A DNA stretch of 63,888 nt, the filler included, from Stramenopiles sp. TOSAG23-3 (taxonomy: Eukaryota), in assembly GCA_900128585.1 (NCBI GenBank). It is 15 parts of 15 records of this genome, joined end to end, with 100 filler letters (N's around TTAATTAATTAA, not from the genome) between each part and the next. Parts side by side here need not be neighbours in the genome. Positions count along the whole stretch, not along the records: positions 43,388 to 48,696 come from LT643560.1; positions 48,797 to 54,091 come from LT643561.1; positions 54,192 to 59,482 come from LT643562.1; 12 more parts are not named here. One strand, written 5' to 3'. Below are positions 44,445-54,811 of this stretch, piece by piece. Below the pieces are notes generated by a model that saw only the letters and a list, made by a program, of their open reading frames with translations, was not told the DNA's origin and did not search any database. Position 1 is the stretch's first letter. Every line of letters starts with the position of its first letter. The position numbers were made by a program, and so were the translations under genes.

Positions 44445-45491
44445 TTGCCAGTAGTCTAGTGCTTCAAAAACAGAGATACTTTGTGTGTACAAAATATCAA
44501 ATGTCCTGATGGGTTGCAAATCGTGGTCTCCGATTTTTGCAATTCATCTATGTCTCTTAGTTTCTAAATTTATCTCTATAGATGTTTTTTCGGTTCTAAG
44601 TTTCTAAAATTATAACATGGAAACTCGTATTTCAATCAGGGTACGAGGGAGGAAAGCACTGTGCCTTGCACATCCATTATCTAATTAATTTAATAATTAT
44701 TATTATATCTATAGATAGTAGGGGGTACATCATAGACTATTACGGTATTTCCATTGTCCAGCTCCTCCAGCCAGCCAGCAGCATTTTTTTTTTTTTGAAA
44801 TGTAATAAAAAAGAAGGCAGCATTTTCATATTCTATACAAATAATAAGTACTGCACAGTATCAGAATAAGACTCTTGAAGAAGATGATGATGACGATGCA
44901 AAAATATCCAGAAGAGAAAAAAAAGGCAAATAGCAGCAGCAAGGAAGAAATGAAAAAAGGAGGAGGGCAACCGTTCGACTGTTCGAACCTCCTCGTATTA
45001 CAGTGACATTATAATTGTACATTTTATATTTAGTATTATTATTCCTTTCTTTTTTCACCACACCTCCTCCTCCTCCTATTATAATTTATAAATAATAAAG
45101 AAAATAAAAATATAATTTTTTTTCTCCCTCATACTTCCCTGTTGTTGTTTTGGGCGGGGGGTCGGTTTGTGATATTTTTTTTTTAAATGAGCAGCTCGTC
45201 GCTACTCCGTGGATTATAAGCTTTCTTCTTTCTTTCTGACAAAAAATATACTGGTACTTAAAATTAAAACATTCACTTTTCTTTCTTTTACAATACTTGA
45301 TGTATTTCTATTTTTTTATGCATTGCCCACGTCGTACTATTTCAACGGTTTTACTAACTTAAACGGTTGCCTGCTGTTTATTTCTTGCTTCAAATACGAC
45401 TGCAATTAGAACAGAGTTTCCAGTGCAGGATAAAAACGACCAGTGGTACACTGGTATTTCAAGAACCAGTCCACCTACCACCCTGCTTCAG

Positions 45492-46982
45492 ATGAACGCC
45501 GCAGGAGGGCGAGATAACAGTTGCTCGTTCCACTGCCAAGAAAGATGCGACTGTTGTATGGTGCTTTTGCGCAGGTTAGATAGCCGGTGGACCAGCGGAT
45601 ATTTTTTTTTAACGATGTGTTTACAAGGGTTTTTTTTAGGGATTTTGGGCACTTCCCACTGCTCCGTTACACAGCTTGTAAGTGGAGAAGGGATTGAAAT
45701 ACTTGTTTTGTGCACATTTGTCCAGTGCTGTCAATTGGTGTTGGTCATTTTCGCTGTGTTGACTTTGATCGCTCAAATTAAGTCACTGCACGCATATGCG
45801 ACCTGGGGAGTGTACATTTTTACCATATTTGCATTTGCCGGGATGTATTTTTGTCTTGCGCTCTTTTGTTTGTCGCTCTGCGTTGCCTTACACAGCGAAA
45901 GTTATTGCTCCGCGGACAATAACTTTTTGGACGGTGAAGCTTATCAATTCGCCGATCTTTGGGTACGGCCGGGCGTGGGCGATGGGGGTCACCACGGTCT
46001 GTTGCACTTGAAAGACGTCAACGACCCGTTTTCGTTGTATTTAAAGTTCTTGTACTTCAGCATTGTAACGCAGACATCAGTCGGTTTCGGAGACATTATT
46101 CCAATATCTGTGACCGCTAGATTTTTGTCGAACTCTCAAATGCTGCTTGGGCTATTTTTCTCCTCGATTATTGTCGCAATGAATTTGAGCAGCCTCCGAA
46201 AAGCTGTCGCCCGGGCCCAAAATGCTGGTCCAGAACACCATGGGTACTACCGTTTGGAAAATAGGGATGGGGGGTCAAGCTTAGATGGAAACTCGGAGAA
46301 CCGTGTTGAGGATGCCCCGGCGGGGAAGGACAACTGCTTTAAGCGGTTGACAAAAGTACAGTGGATTCAGAACACTCGCAGGTTTGTAAGGCGTTGGTTG
46401 TTGCTGGTCTCAATGGCATTGCAAGCGCTTCATCTCCTTGTGCTGTACAAGATCGATCCTGGAATATTCTCTAATATGAACTCTAAATCAAATGTGTTCT
46501 CTGAATCGTACGTGATCTCGTTGCTGATCCAACTTGCACATTTGATGATGGTCGTCTCGACAAGCCTGAAGTACGTAAGGCACAGTGAAAACATCACGAT
46601 AAATTTTCTTTGCCAATCGTTTATTAGCGTTTGCATTCTCTTTGCGGGTGTGTATATTATGGTGTACCTTTTTCAAGGCGATGAAGCGTGGCCTCTCAAA
46701 TCTCCCAAGGACACCCCGACTGGATTTTGGTATATCTCTGGGCAGTTTTTTTATTTTTCTGTCACAACAATGACTACTACAGGATACGGCGATCTGTCCC
46801 CGAAAAGCTCCTTTGCTATGGGGATGGTTATCGTTCAGTTGCTCGCCTCTGCGATGTTCATGCAAATCATCATAGCGCTAGGAGTCAACATGATGACACA
46901 AACCTCTGCCAGTGATGATAACGGTTCAAATGGCAATGTTAGATTTTCTCCAACTGCACATACGCAGAGCGAGAGGTCATGA
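45492..46982 (+). CDS. Potassium channel with two pore loops
   Basis: FLYFSIVTQTSVGFGDIIP and FFYFSVTTMTTTGYGDLSP selectivity filters; multiple TM helices in two repeats. Confidence 0.88.
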   Translation: MNAAGGRDNSCSFHCQERCDCCMVLLRRLDSRWTSGYFFLTMCLQGFFLGILGTSHCSVTQLVSGEGIEILVLCTFVQCCQLVLVIFAVLTLIAQIKSLHAYATWGVYIFTIFAFAGMYFCLALFCLSLCVALHSESYCSADNNFLDGEAYQFADLWVRPGVGDGGHHGLLHLKDVNDPFSLYLKFLYFSIVTQTSVGFGDIIPISVTARFLSNSQMLLGLFFSSIIVAMNLSSLRKAVARAQNAGPEHHGYYRLENRDGGSSLDGNSENRVEDAPAGKDNCFKRLTKVQWIQNTRRFVRRWLLLVSMALQALHLLVLYKIDPGIFSNMNSKSNVFSESYVISLLIQLAHLMMVVSTSLKYVRHSENITINFLCQSFISVCILFAGVYIMVYLFQGDEAWPLKSPKDTPTGFWYISGQFFYFSVTTMTTTGYGDLSPKSSFAMGMVIVQLLASAMFMQIIIALGVNMMTQTSASDDNGSNGNVRFSPTAHTQSERS

Positions 46983-47214
46983 GGGCCGTTTTGTGAGCCG
47001 CGTTGGTAAGTTAAGATCAATCAAGAAGTAGATCCTGAGCCATCACAGCAATAGACACGGAAACCATGGCTGTGTGAGTGCGCTTACAGAAGATTGGTGG
47101 CGCTTTTATAAAACAAGAAAATTGGCTGTTATTTTATAGTAATTAAAATATATAAAAAGAAAAAAGAAGGTGTCAGTTCAAGAACAATATCTCCTCCTAT
47201 TGCAGATCCTCCCC

Positions 47215-47356
47215 NNNNNNNNNNNNNNNNNNNNNNNNNNNNNNNNNNNNNNNNNNNNNNNNNNNNNNNNNNNNNNNNNNNNNNNNNNNNNNNNNNNNNN
47301 NNNNNNNNNNNNNNNNNNNNNNNNNNNNNNNNNNNNNNNNNNNNNNNNNNNNNNNN
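47215..47356. other. Genuine scaffold gap (N run without linker)
   Basis: 142 N with no TTAATTAATTAA; flanked by repeat sequence. Confidence 0.9.
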
Positions 47357-47490
47357 AAACGGCTAGGCCGGTCAGCGATTTCCAGGACATATTCGTATGT
47401 CTCTCCCAAGTTCTGGTCAAGATTCCAATTGATTGGTCTGGTGCTTTTAATAATTTTCAAATTATTAAACTTCTTTAAGATGGGTGAAGT

Positions 47491-47850
47491 TCAGAGACTT
47501 TCATTGGGAATTAAATCGATTTGTTGTGTACAGATCACCTTTAACAACAACTAAACGAAATTAAAAAATCCATTTTAGGTTTAGCAAATTATATATAATT
47601 AGTGTTTTTTTATAGTATGCTTTTTAAGACTCTCATTTTATGAAAAACCAAAATATCTCATTTTATATCAATTACGATTTCAGTTCCAACCTCGTAGTCC
47701 TATCTTGATGGTACACTATATAATATTTTTTTTTAAACTTCTAGATGATTTCAGTTCGCAGTAGTACATTAATTTTAAAATTACTTAAATAACAGCCAAT
47801 TTTCTTGTTTTTAATATTAAAGAAATAACAGCCAATTTTCTTGTTTTTAA
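47491..47850. repeat. Family B copy 2 (tail inverted), followed by reverse family A copy and a duplicated core
   Basis: 47491-47570 matches 33430-33535; 47585-47710 is the reverse complement of 33543-33636; AATAACAGCCAATTTTCTTGTTT at 47788 and 47824. Confidence 0.85.
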
Positions 47851-48011
47851 TATAAAAAATTTCTCGCTTTATGATATTTTTGCACAACTAATATTAAGAA
47901 TTAATGGCTTTACGAATCAAATGAAAAGAGCCGTTTGAAGCCTTCGTGCAATAAAGTCATTCGAGTCACAAGCCTTGCAAACAGTTCTCCGTTCTTTGTT
48001 TCTCTTTTCCG

Positions 48012-48695
48012 TCACACAGTACGCGTTTCCGAGGCATTTTTATCTAAATTATCGGCTTCTGAATTCAAGTCTTCCATTGCGTTGTCAGTCTCAGAGGATT
48101 CTGTGTCCAAATCGTTTTCAGCAGAAATTTTCTTGGCCGATGCTCCCTTCGTAGGCGTCTCCTTCGCAGGCGTCTCCTTCGTAGGCGTCTCCTTCGCAGG
48201 CGTCTCCTTCGTAGCCGTCTCCTTCGTAGGCGTCTCCTTCGCAGGCGTCTCCTTCGTAGGCGTCTCCTTCGTAGGCGTCTCCTTCGTAGGCGTCTCCTTC
48301 GTAGGCGTCTCCTTGGAAATATTTCCTGGTAATTTTTGGTCGCCATCTGTACGGATATCTTCTGCTCTTTGAAGCATTTTTAAAGCATTCTCGTATTTAT
48401 CCTTGTGGATGTCAATCATTGTTATTAGTTTTTGCCGAGTTTGCCCCGGTGTGATTGCCGAGAACCATTGTTTCCCTGTCCCGATCCCGTACTTTGTGAA
48501 GTCGTTGCCCTCAAATTCGTCTCTACGCAAATATTTCAATACCTTTTTATCTCCATTGGAACTTATTGCATTGTATAGAAAATAATGTGCATACAGGCAA
48601 ACAAATACGCCACAATCTGATGAATTTGACTGTTTCGGAATTCCCTTCGGAATCTTGATATGCCTTCTTGGTGGTTCCGAGGAAATTTCCCCTTT
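48012..48695 (-). CDS. Ulp1/SENP (C48) protease C-terminal part with KETP(T/A) repeat tail, 5' truncated
   Basis: Frame is open upstream of the listed ORF and reads IPKQSNSSDCGVFVCLYAHYF (PxQxNxxDCGVF catalytic-Cys motif). Confidence 0.85.
   Translation of the reverse strand, partial: KGEISSEPPRRHIKIPKGIPKQSNSSDCGVFVCLYAHYFLYNAISSNGDKKVLKYLRRDEFEGNDFTKYGIGTGKQWFSAITPGQTRQKLITMIDIHKDKYENALKMLQRAEDIRTDGDQKLPGNISKETPTKETPTKETPTKETPTKETPAKETPTKETATKETPAKETPTKETPAKETPTKGASAKKISAENDLDTESSETDNAMEDLNSEADNLDKNASETRTV
48150..48314 (-). repeat. Coding minisatellite, 15 bp x 11 (KETPT/KETPA)
   Basis: AAGGAGACGCCTRCG units. Confidence 0.97.
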
Positions 48696-48796
48696 TNNNN
48701 NNNNNNNNNNNNNNNNNNNNNNNNNNNNNNNNNNNNNNNNTTAATTAATTAANNNNNNNNNNNNNNNNNNNNNNNNNNNNNNNNNNNNNNNNNNNN

Positions 48797-48983
48797 TTCA
48801 TGAACTGCGAACTTATCTTTGCTCTTGTGGTTTTACTAATCGATATACCCTTGTCGCTTGGTCTTGGCTATCAATTTCAGATGGACTCCATGCACGATCC
48901 GTTTAATTTGATTTTTTTTAATCTTCCTTCAAAAAAAAAAGTGATACAATGTAAATTAAAACAAAAAATCATTGGCTGTTATT
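48797..48983 (+). repeat. Dispersed repeat family A, 3' part at contig start
   Basis: TTCATGAACTGCGAACTTATC...ACTCCATGCA, then core ATTGGCTGTTATT at 48971. Confidence 0.85.
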
Positions 48984-49063
48984 TTATTACTTGTATCATA
49001 GCTTTAAGATGTTTTTGCTTTCTGCTGCCGTAAAATGTACAATGGGCACAAAAAACTATGTTT

Positions 49064-50587
49064 TCAATCGTCACTTTCTGATGTGGAAAGAGCACTGGGC
49101 ACATACACTTGCTGTCTACTCCGACGTCTCCCTGACGATCGGGAAAGAAACACATTTTTGTGCGCCGAGGACAATCTTTTGTCAACAATGGGAGATGGTG
49201 ACATGTTTTCGATATTCTCCTCGTTCCCTCCCTCCAGACTTTTGGAACATATTGCAGATGCATTCTCTATCTCATCGACGGTGATGTCATTCGGGTTCAA
49301 CCCATCTTCTTGCCCAAAGTTAAAATCTTGATCGTCTTCCTCCCCGTCAAAGGTGGTAGAACTAATACTATCATCCTCATCACCGTCCTCGTAAACTTCC
49401 CTGGTGTTCTTAGCAAATACTGCAGTACTCAATCGGGAACGGCGCTTAGACAGACTTGCGGATAGTTCGCCAAACAAAGATTTTGTCTTGGTCTGATCTG
49501 GTTGAATTTCTCTAAGAGCTCGATTGCATGATGGTGTCAAACCCGATGAATTGAAATTGCGAATTTGATCAAACAAAGAATTACCCGTCATTTTAGTCGT
49601 TTTTTTCTCTGCCGGACTTTCTTTGCTTCTAATTGATGAAGGTGTGGTGCTTACGACGGACATTCGGGACCGTTTCACAGTGCTAAATCGGGGAGGCGCG
49701 TTAAATAGGTCCGGGGTACTGATCGTTGGAGTGGAGCCACCTACTTTCAATTGTATATTGTCCAAGTGGATCATCGGGGAGTTTGTTTTCGGGAGTACTT
49801 TAGTTCTCAATTTACTTTGCAATGGTTTCTTTATTGCTGGAGACCCGCCCAAAATTGGTTTTGCTTCTATTTTCCCAATTTCCATATTTTCAATAGGCGA
49901 TGACGAGAACTTTTTAAATTTTCGGATCTCGTCAAGAAATGACCTCGGTTGCAGCTGTCTTCCCACGATGTTTTTCTCGTCAGCAGAAGATGGCGACTGC
50001 TGCAGCGATACAGATGCATCTTCATTACATTCGTCAACTTCAATCATGTCTAGCGCTTTTTCTCTATCCCGTGTTTCGATCGTCCCAGCAGCCTCAGTCA
50101 CACAGTTTGAAGGATATTCCAACAGGTTAGACTTGTCGTTCGACACTTTAAAATTGAAGGAAACGTGCAAAACACGCGGGATATCAAGCGCAACCAGGGC
50201 CTTAAGAGTAAACAATCGTTTTACAACGCAATACAGGCCATTAAAGTCTAGAGAAATTTTAGGAGCGGAATATTTTAGCCACTGCTCCACCAAAACATTG
50301 CGAATATGGTTGAAAATGGTGTACATTAACGCCAATTTGAATAGTTTTTGCACCGAGAGTCTCAGTGCTGGAAAGCGGTCTATGGTTCGGAACTGGTGCA
50401 AAGTCGATCTAAACCAGTTGGAAGCTACCAGTCCGGTTTCGAAAATTTTATGATGCTTCGAAATATTTCTAAAGAGGAAATCATATGCATTGTTGAAGTC
50501 CTTCCATGACAATTCGGCACGTGCACTTGCTTGCTTTATTTTATCATTTTCATCGCCATCAACATTCTCGTCATTTCCCGTCGCCAT
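49064..50587 (-). CDS. Protein with WH2-like actin-binding motifs and acidic tail; start uncertain
   Basis: RSFLDEIRKFKK and NSLFDQIRNFNSSGLTP WH2-like motifs; SLFGELSASLSKRR central-like helix; acidic EDGDEDD..EEDDQDF. Confidence 0.6.
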   Translation of the reverse strand: MATGNDENVDGDENDKIKQASARAELSWKDFNNAYDFLFRNISKHHKIFETGLVASNWFRSTLHQFRTIDRFPALRLSVQKLFKLALMYTIFNHIRNVLVEQWLKYSAPKISLDFNGLYCVVKRLFTLKALVALDIPRVLHVSFNFKVSNDKSNLLEYPSNCVTEAAGTIETRDREKALDMIEVDECNEDASVSLQQSPSSADEKNIVGRQLQPRSFLDEIRKFKKFSSSPIENMEIGKIEAKPILGGSPAIKKPLQSKLRTKVLPKTNSPMIHLDNIQLKVGGSTPTISTPDLFNAPPRFSTVKRSRMSVVSTTPSSIRSKESPAEKKTTKMTGNSLFDQIRNFNSSGLTPSCNRALREIQPDQTKTKSLFGELSASLSKRRSRLSTAVFAKNTREVYEDGDEDDSISSTTFDGEEDDQDFNFGQEDGLNPNDITVDEIENASAICSKSLEGGNEENIENMSPSPIVDKRLSSAHKNVFLSRSSGRRRSRQQVYVPSALSTSESDD

Positions 50588-51860
50588 GTGAACACTGTTT
50601 TTCTTTTTTACCGGGTTAGAACCTTCGTTTTTGTTGTTGAATGTTAAAATCTGCAATTCTTTTGTGAGCTTGTTCTTGTTCGCGTAAATTCACTCAATTA
50701 AGGGAGGAAACTAACGTTTTTGTAACTCCGTCTGATTCTTTTCTTAGTAGTTTTATATTCTACAATTCGATTTGAGCAGTAACATTTCCAATTTAGAAAT
50801 AATATGGGAAATTATTCGAAGACACACTGCGACGATCATCTGTCAACAAAAACAAACAAAAAAAGTACCGTCGTATTATGATGAATGATAATAAAAAAAC
50901 AATATGATGACGAGAAGATGATGGAAGAGAAAGAAAAAAAATATTACCCCACTGGTGTGTGTGTATGTGGTGTGTGACAAGAAGAAGAGAAGAAGAATTT
51001 TTTTTATTAATTATGATGATGCCCTTTGTTGTTGTGGTGGTGGTGTGAAAATAGTCGTCTAATAAACTGATAAAGAAGAAAAGTGGTGATTTAGCAGCAC
51101 CACATCATTATTCTCATTCCTTCGTCGTCTTTTTTTCTTCTTCTTCAATAATTCCAATAATAAACACTGTATCATCATCAAGAAAAGAAAAGTTCTGATG
51201 CTGCTTCCTGGCGTTTCGATATGTAAGTTATTATTAGCCTAAAAATGCTGTCTTCTTCTTTTTCACACACAACAAACAACACTTTTTCAATTGTATTAGC
51301 TGCTTAAGCTCTGTAGCTTTCCAGAAGGAAATAAAATAATTAGACTTTTCCTTCTAACGTTCCTTTCTCTGCTGTTTTCCTTTTGTCTTGAAATGTAAAC
51401 AACCAGTGGTAATAATATTGTATTCTAATTATTGTTTAAACTATATTATTGTTATTAACTGGTAAATCTTGTCGTGCTATCAAATAGCATAGAGCATATT
51501 GCTCCTTACTATTGCGATGGAAATTAATATCTTGTTGACCCACATCATCAGAAGTCTATAATAATAATAATCGAATTACGATGTATATTATTGGTTCAAC
51601 AACAACAAAACAAAACTCAATAGGACTAAAACAACAGCCAACAACAGAACAACAACAACAACAACAAAAGAAGAAGAAGAAATGGGGAATTTTTTACATT
51701 TTCAATTCGCTTTTTTGCGACGAAACAAAGTCATTCGATATGGTTGTGCAGCGTTTTCCTTTTCTTGGAATATAATGATTTCTTTCGTTGAAATGCAGTA
51801 AGTGGTATAAAATATCTTATTACATTATAAGTCTGCTAAAGCACAAACCAAAAAAGAATC

Positions 51861-52235
51861 ATGGCGTCAACACTGGCCGACAATATAACTGGTGTGGCGA
51901 AACAATTGGGTGAGTCGAACAAAGAAAACGTGGATCCTTGTGGCGCTGCAAGAGCTCCGAACGCTTCTCGTGGGAATGGTGTGAACAGGAGGCCATTAGC
52001 GGAGTTGTATTCTGGTGTTTCCGTCAAAAAATCATCAAATACCGGTCGTGTAAATAGTGATGGCACGGAAAATGTAAGTAAATTGGCCGTCAAAACAGTA
52101 ATGGACAAATCTATTGCTCATAAATTTTCGGAAGCAACTACTACGAAAAGTGAGCAAAATACCCAACCTCGACAACGCACAGCACGATCAAGAAACCGTA
52201 GGCCTGTATTCAAATCGTTAAGAAATTATCGCTAG
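51861..52235 (+). CDS. Small disordered protein with KEN box and D-box (candidate APC/C substrate or inhibitor)
   Basis: NKENVDP, RRPLAEL, C-terminal KSLRNYR. Confidence 0.6.
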   Translation: MASTLADNITGVAKQLGESNKENVDPCGAARAPNASRGNGVNRRPLAELYSGVSVKKSSNTGRVNSDGTENVSKLAVKTVMDKSIAHKFSEATTTKSEQNTQPRQRTARSRNRRPVFKSLRNYR

Positions 52236-52694
52236 CTCAAAGCATATTACAAGTGATGCGATTGTACCGCATTGGTAGTAAGATTACGCTTGAAAAGTAA
52301 AAATTCCGTGGAGAACCGATTCCTGAAGCTCTCATACGAGCTGCAAGCACGACGAGGGCCCAAGTACGTCGTCGTACTCGTAGAAAAAATACTAGCGGAG
52401 TGGAGTGGCAAAAGCAAGTTCAAGACGCATAATTTAAAACGTCAGGCATGCGAACTTTGTTCTTCTGTTAACTTAGATTCAGCTTTCATAATATTTTAGA
52501 ACACATTTTCTGATAATTTAATACGTATTGCCATTATTTTGTTTCAATACGAAGTTAGTATTGAAATAAATCTTCTGTAATGCTGTGGCCCTTAGACGAC
52601 GATCATCATAGTGTTAAAAAACAAGAAAATTGTTTTTTTAAAATGGTACTATATCAATATATATATGTGTTTATTGCTAAATTTGTGCGGCTTT

Positions 52695-54086
52695 TTATTG
52701 CTTTTTACTTTTTCTTTTCTTCTTTTTTCGTTTCTTCTCTTGCAGTTTCTTGTAATCCGCATTGTCCTTTTCCAGGTTCTTTCTTTCATTTTTCCCCCGG
52801 TATAGAGCTTGAATTTTGGATGCCGCTTCGTCTTCCTCACGTTTGGCGTTTCGTCTCTTATTCGATCGTTTTGCCATGTCCCTATTTACGGCAGCGTTTT
52901 CTCTTGCTGTTTGGCTTGCTAACACCTCGTTTTTCTGACGTTCGGCTTGTTCGCGCTCTTTTCGTGCTTTTTCCTTTCTAGCTTGCTCCCAGTGGTATTT
53001 ATTGTTGATTCTGTCGACAGTCTCGGCGTTCTTTGCTGCTATCTGCTTCTTCCTCATTTCTTCGGCCTTAGATACATAGTGCTCTTCTGCTTCTTTCTGT
53101 GCCCGCCACTGCCTGATTTTTTGTCTGTCCTCTTTGCGTTTTTCTTGTAGTGCGATCGCCCTTTCTGCATCCCGCTGTCTTTTGTTCTCCTCTCGGTCCA
53201 TCTTTTTCTGGTTGGCTTTCTGGCGTTGCCTTTCACGCTGTTTCGCCAAGTCACTAAGCGTTTCGATTAATTCCTTTTGGCGCTTCTTTCTCTCCCTCTC
53301 GCGTTTCATGTTCTTGCGCCTTGTAATCTCTGATTCTCTCTTTTTCCTAGCGATGACCTTCTCGCTCTCCTTGTGGGTAAGCTCAGGCGCTTTCAAATTG
53401 ATTGCTTCCTTTTCCCATGGCAAATTTACGTATTTTGTTTTTCTATTTTTCACCGCGCCTTTATATTCCTGCCATTTTACTTCGTACTTTTCTTGCTCGC
53501 CATATCGTTGTTCCAGGCGACCGCGAGCGTTCCCTGCTATGACATCGCCCACGAGCTTGTCGAGGATTTCAATGGCAATCTTTCCCGATTTAATCCATTT
53601 AATCGGCAACACTTTCAAAGCGCTGTCACCAAACCTTTTGACAGTGATATCGAGTTGGGTGCGAACTTTGTCTTCCTCAGCTGCTTGGTAGTTGAATCGC
53701 CTGGAGCTTGTGGTGAAACCCTTGAACTTGGTTTTCTTTGGTTGTTTTGGCGGTTTTCTAGGAATGTAGTTTCGCCCAATAACAGGAGCCGTATCAAACT
53801 CTGTGGTCGTTGGCTGCCATTTCCTTGGAGGTTCGTCCCACGTCTCAACATTCCATGGAACAGGGCAGTTGGGCAGACTGTGGCAACCAAACTTTTCGAA
53901 AATCAAATCATCGAGAATTTCCATACACATCACTGACTGTGGGGTGAACCCAAAATGACCAGGAATTGTTCTTCGGAACTCGATCAAGGGAATTTTTGAC
54001 TCAGTCCAATGGCGCCTATCTCCCATTCTGCGGTTCTTTAGCGATCCACGGTCTTTTTTATCATACTCGCACGCTTGTCGGCGCAT
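52695..54086 (-). CDS. Charged coiled-coil protein with C-terminal IQ motif, possibly 5' truncated
   Basis: Long E/K/R/Q helix; AASKIQALYRGKNERK. Confidence 0.75.
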   Translation of the reverse strand: MRRQACEYDKKDRGSLKNRRMGDRRHWTESKIPLIEFRRTIPGHFGFTPQSVMCMEILDDLIFEKFGCHSLPNCPVPWNVETWDEPPRKWQPTTTEFDTAPVIGRNYIPRKPPKQPKKTKFKGFTTSSRRFNYQAAEEDKVRTQLDITVKRFGDSALKVLPIKWIKSGKIAIEILDKLVGDVIAGNARGRLEQRYGEQEKYEVKWQEYKGAVKNRKTKYVNLPWEKEAINLKAPELTHKESEKVIARKKRESEITRRKNMKRERERKKRQKELIETLSDLAKQRERQRQKANQKKMDREENKRQRDAERAIALQEKRKEDRQKIRQWRAQKEAEEHYVSKAEEMRKKQIAAKNAETVDRINNKYHWEQARKEKARKEREQAERQKNEVLASQTARENAAVNRDMAKRSNKRRNAKREEDEAASKIQALYRGKNERKNLEKDNADYKKLQEKKRKKKKRKSKKQ

Positions 54087-54811
54087 AAAAGNNNNNNNNN
54101 NNNNNNNNNNNNNNNNNNNNNNNNNNNNNNNNNNNTTAATTAATTAANNNNNNNNNNNNNNNNNNNNNNNNNNNNNNNNNNNNNNNNNNNNAAAGGTTCC
54201 ACTATTATTTTGTGGCAGTATGGGCTTTCGCAAAGAAAAGAGTGGCCTGTAAAGAAGAGAGACGGAGGGTTGTGGCTCAAAATCAACATTTCATCCCAAC
54301 TTCATTTCACTCTTTTTTATTAATAATAATAATTATATTCTTCTTCTTATATATTCGTGGATTATTTTATATAGTCTATAATATATTAACCAGCACAGTA
54401 TAATAGAAATCACATCAAAGCATAAAAAAAAGAAAAAGAAGGATGATGATCAATGTGTTTTGTTTCTAATCTTCTTCTATTTTATATTAAATATTAAAAT
54501 ATCATCATACACAACACAACAACAAAATAGAATATAATAAAAATAATAATAAGAAGAAGAATGAGGAGATTTTTATTTTTTTTTATTATTTTTTATTTAA
54601 TTAAAATTTTATTAACCAAGGGTACTTAGCTTGATAATAATGAGACGACGGTTATCAAACGGTTATATATAGCACATGAAAATATAAACGGAAGAAAAGA
54701 CTGATGTATGTCACTAATTCAAGTTTTGGAATAGACGGCAAAGATAAAGAGCCAAGAGTTTTTTTTCCGAATTGTGTTTCATTTTTACAGGCTTGAACCC
54801 GTCCAAGCAGC

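Noticed and set aside
48065-48346. Poly-Arg protamine-like ORF (RRRRL)n
   Set aside because: Alternative frame of the KETPT minisatellite inside the Ulp1 gene.
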